From Octopus sinensis (Eukaryota): DNA of 64,000 nt. The translations under genes were made by a program, and so were the position numbers. The stretch is from assembly GCF_006345805.1 (NCBI RefSeq), contig NC_042998.1, forward strand, positions 13,764,001 to 13,828,000, read 5' to 3'. The first letter of the stretch is position 1, and every line of letters starts with the position of its first letter. This document shows, one piece after another, positions 52,039-64,000 of this stretch. The notes below the pieces were generated by a model. That model was not told the origin of the DNA, did not search any database, and saw only the letters and a list, made by a program, of their open reading frames with translations.

Positions 52039-53574
52039 CTGAAGCAAGTAAAGAGTTAAAATATATACTTATTTTTATTTCTAAAAATAAATCTAGAAAC
52101 GATATGTTGCAGTATTTTATATTTGCAAAGTGTAATAATGGAGTATTTATTACCTGAAAAAAATATGAAAATGACGAATACAAATATTAAAATTTGAAGT
52201 CTATATTATAAGTGTAGGTTGATGTAAAGAAATGAGGAATAAAATGTTATTACTAAATTAAAGTAGAAAATGGATAAATGTGTAAAGGAAATATTGAAAC
52301 TATTAAAATGTCAGAGAATTTAGTAAGAAATATATTTTAAAAATATGATTATAATTTATCAGAGACACGAATAGAATAATTTTTCAATACAAGTTGTTTA
52401 AAGACATTATCTCTGAGATAATTGATTTGCCGAAAACTAAATCTTTGTCGCCTAAATTTAATCATTATCACTAATAATACTACATTAACGTTAGTCACGT
52501 TCTGCCTTTTGTGTGTTTTACACATATTTGACAAATATATTAAATGGAGTTTTAGCCTATTATATACTGCATATATGACAAGCTATGCGAATAATAGTTG
52601 AACAGATGAATGCGTGTCGAATTTTCTAACCCTTATTTTCAATTTAAGCATTGATAAAGGCTTAACCAAAATTTTCGAGTTGAGTAATATTTTTACTTAC
52701 AACTGATTATTGCTGTCACATATTACAACTCTGGAATCCTTCCTTAATCCGTTCTGCAAACAGTTACAGAAAACTAGTTGTAATGATAGTATCGAGTTAA
52801 AATGTCCCTAGATGTTTTTTTTTTGTTTTTCCCCGGGGATATTCAGATTAGTTTTTTCGCAGCTGGTTCTTTATTTTTTGAATGTTTCAATATACCCTTT
52901 ATTTTCTCTTCTGGATTGATAAAATATGTTTTGATATACGAATGCTTAACATTTCCGAGCTCATTTCAACGGAAATAAGTATCATTTTTTTCGTTCAAGA
53001 ACTTCAATGTAACTTTTAAATAAAATCTGCAAGGAACTATTGACATGATCTAAAAGAAAATCGAAGAGGCTGATAAGTAGCATATCATCCATGATTTCGT
53101 CGGTAGAGAAACGATTAGATCAACGGAAACGTTGCAACACATTATCAGAATATATTTTAACATACCAACCTCAAGTGTACATTACTGTCGAAGCATATAT
53201 GAAATGAGAAATATAAATCCTAAAATCTTAGTATTTCTCATCGGCTGATCTCCTAATTCTTATTTTAGTAAAACATAGATTTTGTAACAAATTCGCACCA
53301 TATTTTGTCTTTGTGAGTATATTCCTATTTTTCCACAGTTTCTCTTTTCTACACTGTGAGATCAAAAGGTATCAGTGAGACTCCTGAAATTGCGTCGTAG
53401 AACTGGGAAATATTGCTGCGTAGGAAGATTCCACGTTTTACAATAGTTCTAACTAGCGAATGTCTAAGTACATATAGATATATGTTTTTATCTTCTACCT
53501 TTTAATAGTTAAAGACATTAAAATGCGGTCATGCAGAGGCAGTTCCTTTGATATATATATATAGATATAAAAGA

Positions 53575-54297
53575 TTGCAGACCATTCGTGGTTATTAATA
53601 AGTAACTTATTTGCCAAATTTTCAGCATCATCATCTTCGAAACAGTCACCCTGTGCAGAAAGATTCCGGCCCCACCATTTTGGAATCTGGCCATGAAGTC
53701 GTTTTATGTAAACGAGTAGAGGACCTTTTGCGACTGGATCTGGATCTCGACAATTGCGAATTTTCAGCTCGTAGAAAAGATCGCAGCCGGCTGCTGCTAA
53801 ATCTATAGATTAGGGCGTATGCGGAAACGATACCATGTTGAAATTCAGGAGTTTGGAGACTCGCTAACAGAATGCATTATCGTCGTGAAGAACCTAGTTC
53901 TTGGCGCCCCACAAATCCGGTCAATCCAGCGGATATCAAAAAATCCATGAGGATGCTCTGCAATGATCTGCGGCTCTGCAGTGTGCCCGCGCCAATGGAA
54001 ACTGCTTGCGACGCATTACCTCGTTGCTGTAAGCTTGCTGATTTATGCTCGATGAATTTGTAGCAGATTTCCAAAGTTTAACGCAAAATTTCACGTTGGT
54101 TCTCTGTTCCAGCTTCCTGCCCATGAAAAACATCGCAGACTGCAGCAGAGCCATGATCACAAAAACACAATTTTCACAACTTGTGAAGTAAACACAGAAA
54201 TATCAGCAAAATTTCTCATAAAGATCATTGCTAGCTCTCACTGTGCTACCATCTGCTGGCACATAAGAACTAGTCCGAGAAACACTTGTTACCATTT

Positions 54298-54300
<3 letters not shown>
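53575..54300 (-). mobile_element. Heavily deleted mariner-like element
   Basis: Minus strand MGRKLEQRTNVKFCVKL.KSAT (mariner N-terminus) and AQGDCFE near 53650 (C-terminal GxYFE-like); ends are degraded. Confidence 0.7.
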
Positions 54301-54332
<32 letters not shown>

Positions 54333-54347
54333 GCATGCGTGTGTATG

Positions 54348-54389
<42 letters not shown>

Positions 54390-54407
54390 GCATATGAATA
54401 TAAATGT

Positions 54408-54566
54408 GCAGGGTTGGCTGTGTGGTAAGTAGCTTGCTTACCAACCACATAGTTCCCGTTTCAGTCCCACTACGTGGCACCTTGGGAAAGTGTCTTCTAC
54501 TATAGCTTCGCGCTGCTCAGAGCCTTGAGAGTAATTTGGTACACGGAAACTGAAAGAAGCTCGTCG

Positions 54567-54618
<52 letters not shown>

Positions 54619-54875
54619 TTGGGGGGTATGTGTTTGTGTGTATGTGTGCGTGGTTGTGTGTTTGTGTTTGTCACATCCAACATCGCTTGACATCCGATGC
54701 TGATGGGTTTACGTCCCCGTAACTTAGTGGTTCGGCAAAAAGAGACCAATAAAATAAGTACTAGGTTAACAAAGAATAAGTCCTGCGGTCGATTTGCTCG
54801 ACTAAAAATGTGATGCTCCAGCATGGCCGCAGTCGAAATGACTGAAACAAGTAAAAGAGTAAAAGAATGAAAGAA
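54408..54875 (+). mobile_element. SINE family B, full copy with expanded internal (TA)n
   Basis: Same head, core and tail as the copies at 29606 and 38569. Confidence 0.9.
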
Positions 54876-54879
54876 AATA

Positions 54880-54994
<115 letters not shown>

Positions 54995-55519
54995 CGGATA
55001 GATAACGCTTTGAATTGAGGCAGTTGTCTGTCAAAGAGAGAGTAAGAATATCTTTCGAGAATGTCGGTGTCTACACATTTAACATTTATATATCTCTATA
55101 TATTGAAGAGCAGATTCGCTTCTATAAATATATGTTTCTAACTTCAAAAGCACTTAGAAAGTGTGTGCGTAGTTCGATACCTACAGTTACACACACGCAT
55201 TCACACGCATTCACACTCACTTATATATGTGATATTCATAGGTGTGTATATGTGTTTCTGTGTATATATATATAAACACTTAGACGCATATAAAGTATGT
55301 ATCATTCTGTCCCGTGTGGTCTTGTGCGAATATGTATATTTGTATATGAATGATTATTTGTCCATGTGCATGTGTAGTTGCTGAGTATGGTATTTGCTTA
55401 TCGTAACGTTATTTATAAATACACACATTCGGTATTTATAGATATTCATGAGTATCTGATTTTTGTGTGTTTTGAAAAGTTATTACTGTCTATACTCAGT
55501 ACTTACACTTCTTAGACGT

Positions 55520-57650
<2,131 letters not shown>

Positions 57651-59093
57651 TGTAAATTTATAATTGTGTCTGCGTGTGTATATTTGCTTGCTAGTGTTTT
57701 CGTTTGTTTTACGTTCTGTATGAGTACCTAATTTCATATTATGAACTACAGACAATTTGATCAGAGATAAATTAAATAGGTAGCTGAAAAATTCCTCTAT
57801 TTTGACCTGCAGGCAATATGCCTGTGGTCACTAGTCATGTTTTACGAAGTTTAAATAAGTGATTAATTACTTTGCTTCTCACTCGTGGCCTTACATTTGT
57901 GACACACTTATAGAATCCTGTAAAACACCACCTTATGAAATATATTTGGTAAGTTTGGCAAAATGTACTCGTTTATATTATTTCTAAAACCTAGAGAGTT
58001 TAGATGTGTTGCTACTTCCTTGCTGTACCATTTCTACTTGTATTTGAGATTCCTCTTTAGAGTCAAACAACCGTTTAGCCTTGGTCTAAGAAGCTCATTA
58101 GAACGACCTCTGCTCCATAAAGCTTCATATTTGTGTATTATATTTTAAGTGCTTATGTGCTGTACTTTGTTTATCTCCTTATAATTCTTAGGCGAAAATT
58201 GGTAATAGGAAAAATATGTGTTGCTATGCGGTCGGTAAAGGGTTAGAATAATGATAAAACGAAGGAATTTATGCGAGTGGAAAGCAGCTAATAAATGATC
58301 GCTATTCAAATTTCAGTGCAATGGAGTATACTGTACTAGATTGTGTATCCTCTTGGAACTAATTTGGAACATTTAAGGAACAGCACCATTTGAAGAGCCT
58401 AAAAATATACGTTGTCTGGATGTGGTCTTGTATTGCGTGCATATAAAGTGGAGCATTTTGGGCTCCATTAAACTCTTGTAATTTTGCAAACTGATGCTGA
58501 GGTTTTGTTTCACCCAAAGACAGTATTTATTAAGCATCACATTGATGATCAGCTCTCCTGGTGTGGTGATATATATCACCAATTATCTTACCCAATATGC
58601 TATTTGCATAAAAAGCAGGGTGTATTTTATGTGAAATATAGCTAGAATTTAGGTAGACTGTATAAAGACATTCTCAACTACTGATAAGAAATGCATAAAT
58701 GGAGAGACGGAATGTACATTATCTAAAATAGTGGCTAATGTTTACTTTCTTCCTAGCATCTTTTTGGCGGAAATATTATGAACAAACTATATAGGTTTTC
58801 GGTAAATATACTTCCTCTTTCATATTACAAAAACACAACACATATAAAGTTTTCGTTGTGTATTCAAATGTTTTAAGACGATCCTATATGATAAGCACAG
58901 TATTGTCATGGAATTGGATATACCAGCAAGATGTCCATTGATATAGTCATCAGTTTTCATCAAAAGGATCCATTGTTTTTATGATGGTATACAACAAAAA
59001 TGCAATATTGCCTTAAATTATGTACATTCCATTCATCCTAAGCGCTACTTGCTGAACTGCGGCTAAAAAAAAAATGAATATATTTTCCAGGTT

Positions 59094-59150
<57 letters not shown>

Positions 59151-59826
59151 TATAACATTGAGATTTTCACAACTGTTGTTCTTATCGCACTTGCATACCA
59201 GCGAAAGGATACTAGAACCATTTTACCACTGATTAGGAGAGATATCTTATGTAGCTACTGGGCAAAGCAATTCCTGAAAAAGTTCTCTTATCCAAGCAAG
59301 CAAGAAAAAGAAAAAGAAATCCTACAAGAGGATGTAAGATATTCAAAAATATATACTTAGGCAGGCCCTGCTGAAATATATTGACATTAGAAATTATTTT
59401 CGTAATTTACGAATATTATATTAATATTTTATGTTTGTTCATGCAAGACAGGCAATTACACAGCACGTGGGAGGGACTTGGCTAATCTGTTTTAAGGAAT
59501 ATACATTTTCATAGAAATTTGAATTTTCAACATTTTTTTATTTACTCGTGATGACCACACCCTCCCCACTTTTTTCCCATCCTACTTACTAAAATTGACA
59601 TCTTTGAAAAGTCAACAGCCCTCGTGAGAAAATGCGTTGATAGGTTTACAATGGAAAGAAAAAGAAAGAAAAATGGAAAATGAAAAAGTGCTTTGTAATG
59701 AACTTTCAATAAATTGACTAAATCAAATGGAAAAGAAACTTATCTATCTCTCTATATCTATATATCTATCTGTCTATCTATATATGCTTGTCTGTCTGTC
59801 CATCTATCTATCAATCTCTCTGTCTG

Positions 59827-59860
<34 letters not shown>

Positions 59861-61139
59861 CGTTCCTCATCCTTTACTACTTTTCTCCTCTTTCTTGAAT
59901 TCCCTGAAACATTTCTCACTCTCTCTCTCTCTTTCCCTCTCTGTCTATCAATCTAACGTTTTCCCCCCTCTTTACTTTTCTTTTTCTCTCTTGTCCTCCC
60001 GACCCAAAAAATAAACAAACACAATGTTCCTATTTTCTAAACAAATAAAAAAAATAGCACCTGATTTATTTAAACAAACAACGAAACGTTCTGTTTTTAC
60101 CATTTTGATTTTGATTTTGCCTTGACGAGTTCGAAATAGAAACGATAACACTACTAAAGAATTATTCAAAATTTTGACTGCCTCCTTTTTCTCTATATAA
60201 AATATCTGTACAATACTTCAAACACACACACACATACATATAGATATGTGTGTGTACGAATTTATATCTGTATATATGTATATATTGGTCAACCGTGTCT
60301 TATTACGTGGGTCAGAGAATGGTTTAATATTTAAATAGTAAAGATTGGAAATTCTAACAGAGTGACGTTCATCTCGCATTTACCAAATCATTTTCCCAAA
60401 GGTCATAGTGTTTGTTGGTTTATTCTCAGTTAAAAATGATGATAATATCAAAGCGAAGCTTTTGTATGGCAGAATCATTATATATACATGTTGGAACAGT
60501 AGCAGGAACGATATAATTTACGTGACAGTGTGGATTTACGATGGATTTCCTATTTGTGAACTAATATGTCTGGACATATTTGACTCATGTCAAAGGATAC
60601 TTTGTCATTAAATTCAAACAAAAGCGGGAATTCGAATTACATTCTACCTCTCTAATGAAACTTCAATGGACGAATCCTGAAAACCCTCACGTGATTGAAA
60701 GTGGACTACCCGATTAAAATAAGAACTGAGTGAGGAGTTTGTAGGGACGTGACTGTATTAGTTTGGTGCGTTGCTTTAACAGTCAGTAGTTGAACAGTAA
60801 ATACGGAGTATCGTACCTACGTTCGAGTAGTCCGGAGTGCGTTCCGTTAACATATATTTCTGCAATATGCTAGTTTTAGATACCCACAACTAACTAAGTA
60901 TTTGTGTAATGCCATTTTACACCGGACGTGTATACCCACGTCATAACAGAAATAAACAAAGAAAATTTTGCCTAAAACTTGCAATAAATTAATGAAATGA
61001 AGTCTGTTAATTTCATACAACATTAAAATTAAAGAAGCAATAAATGACAAACAAGAAATCAACGAAAATCTGTATAATGTGAATAAAATTTGTTACCTTC
61101 CAAGTATAAGCTTAAAAATAAAAGCCTACTTAGAAATAA

Positions 61140-61655
61140 TTGTTTCCAATTTCGACATAATTATATCGACCCAGTGTTCAACTGATACTTATTTTATCGA
61201 CCCCGAAAAGATAAAACCAAATCTGTCTTTGCTCACGAAATAGCGTTTACCATTTTTGTCCGGTGCGGTAACGATTCTGCCATCTCGTGACCTTGACGTA
61301 GATAATAATATTGATTTCGAATTTTGGCGCAAGACCAGAAATTTGGTGGAGGGGTCACATGGATTACATCGATCCTAATGCTCAGCTAGTACTTCATTTA
61401 TCAACCCGACCTTAGTTAGTAATATTAGTAGTTAGACGAAGACTGCAAGTAGGGAGACCCTTTATTTCCCCAGAAAATAAATGTTAGCATCATTTCATGT
61501 GTCTTTACATTCTGAGTTCAAATTCCGCCGAGGTCGACTCTACCTTTTATCCATTCAGTTTCCATAAAAATTGAATACCAGTAAAAGCACTGAGGTCGAT
61601 CCATTCGACTTAACTCCTCCCCCGAAGTTGTGGGCCCTATGCATAAATTTGAAAT
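61140..61655. mobile_element. Cluster of degraded SINE A-related fragments in both orientations
   Basis: tcgacccagtgttcaactgatacttattttatcgaccccgaaa (minus) and ttctgagttcaaattccgccgaggtcgac (plus). Confidence 0.7.
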
Positions 61656-62866
61656 CCGTATGAAATGCTATATTCCGACATGAGATAACTGAATTCGCAA
61701 TTTCCAGTTATTTGCAAGGTATTAAACCGTGTCACTCCCAACGTGCTAGTGCAGTAGAGGATATTATATAGTTCTGTATCGGTCAACAAGTGTTAGTTTT
61801 AAATATACTAACTGGTCCATATTCTTTTCTGAACAATTATTTATCCGTTGTGGTTACAAGCATAGCCTTGTAAACATTCATGACTATACATAATATAGAA
61901 TTAGCTAAACGGCCTTTACAATCATCCATATAGATTTAGAACGTTAGTGCGCATGCGTTTTTAGTATTGTTTTAATTGTTACTGTTTGATTTTTATGTAT
62001 CCTTACTACTTAATTTGAAAGAAGTACATTAAAAGTTGTATATCTTTTCAGAATATATATGATTCAGGATGTTTGAACATATCACGATTTTATTCACGAA
62101 CGGTACATGTAGAGCAGTAAATATAATTTTCCGAACAATTTGATTCCATAAAGAATTCTTGAATAGGCCCTCTTTTCATCATGATGCATCCATTAACAGA
62201 GTACCATCAAAGGAAATATATATTACATGCAACGCACGGATAGTAAACACACATATAAAGGAAATGTAAAATCATCTTCCCGAAAATCCTTTTAGTATAA
62301 ATGTCATTTAATATAGTGTGATATTTTCTGGATCTAATACATAAGCATTTATCAACCTGCCATAGATACCAGAATCTCTTTCAGAAAACGCACTAAACAT
62401 CTCGCTAATGTGATATCAAAGATTGATAGAAGTTTTCACTCACTCACAAAAGCAAAGACAAATATTTTGAAATAGTAGGCATGCCATTACCATACCTGAT
62501 TCAGTTTATCCTTCTTATATATCTCCTGATAACATATTTGATATGTTCATCAAACTAGAGCTTTGTCGATCTAGAAAATTATCTTTCACACTTTTTCCGA
62601 ATATTGTTATCACACAAATACACAGTCAATGTTGCAGGTTTTTATATTCCCGATTTATTTGATTCAAAGTTTTATGATTTATTTTTATCGTGGAGTATAT
62701 TTTCCTTCTGTGCATGTAAATTTATTATAAAGAATACTGTTCTATTTAGCTTTTTTATTACAACCATGGATGAGGCATGTATATATTTTCCAAAAATATT
62801 TACAAACATCCCATCAGTAAAACTCGTTTAACTGAGAGACCATGGCTTATTTTAGTTATATATATT

Positions 62867-62928
<62 letters not shown>

Positions 62929-63278
62929 CGTGTGTGTGTTGTGTGTGTGTAGCATGTGTGTGTGTGGTGTGTGTTTGTAGGCTAGAATACAAACACAATC
63001 TATCGACCTGATTTAATCTCAGATCCCTTGACCAAAAGCAATTAAATTCACACACATACACAAACATATATTCTTCAAGGAATCAAATCTGAAAACAATA
63101 GCAACAATTGTATGACTCCCAAGGAACCCAGAGTCTGTGCAGGAAATTCTTCAAGAATTGATTTTCTTGAAGTGTGTCATGTGATCACTCTGAAATAAAA
63201 ACTGAGTTATTGAAAGTTTCTATAGTTGCAATAAAAATATATTTCAAAATATAGTATGTCATACATACATAATACATA

Positions 63279-63337
<59 letters not shown>

Positions 63338-64000
63338 TATATATATATATATATATGTATGTGTGGGTATGTGTGTGTGTGTGTACTAGCATATTTCTTG
63401 ATTGATTAACTGGCCAAGTCATACATTTGATGCGAATCTGATGCATCGGTAGCTTAGATTGCTCGATCGTTTCAGTCAAGTGTTATAACACAAGCTCATC
63501 GTTTCATGAGATAAATTAATGTTGTGGCAATGGATTCCATGTCATATTGAAGATATGTCATGAGGACTCTGTCAGCTTTATGACATACATAATTCATGCA
63601 TCAATTACAGTGGCAGTATTTCATTCGGTGAGATTGTAGATGTAGATAATTTGATGAGTTTCAACTATCCTCTGTTAAAGTTTAATATCATTAAACTTTA
63701 TCATCATATTTACATCTTTCTTATTTCTCATCATCTACGTCCATGACGCTTTATGTTTATCGTGGTAATCAGGATTAAAATAAACTGACCAACAAAAATA
63801 AAATCACTGACAAAATCAAAACGAACTACAATGATAATGTTGGTGATACTAATGAAGATCATCTGGAAGGAATATAAGAAAAACACTACTTATATTAAAA
63901 AGCTTAATAAAGTTAATAATAATTACATCTATATTGTTATTGCAACTACTACTATTACGTCTGCTAGCGAAATTACACTGCAATATTAACAATAATAGGA

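Overview
AT-rich, microsatellite-saturated eukaryotic DNA with no convincing host gene. The SINE families and the (TA)n/(TG)n/(GATA)n load suggest a cephalopod (Octopus-like) genome; this is an inference. Most supplied ORFs are microsatellite read-throughs. Everything recognisable is transposon-derived: five decayed Tc1/mariner elements, a ~4 kb pseudogenised Helitron RepHel plus non-autonomous Helitrons, LINE remnants (Tx1/L1-like, RTE, R4/Dong), four tRNA-derived SINE families, a Penelope-like GIY-YIG remnant and nested minisatellites. The most notable signal is a recurring set of short palindromic elements embedded in (TA)n tracts. Several carry minimal type I hammerhead ribozyme motifs, in two cases on both strands, and others have atypical cores. 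They are probably Penelope-like pLTR derivatives. All calls were made by eye, coordinates may be a few bases off, and no searches were run.
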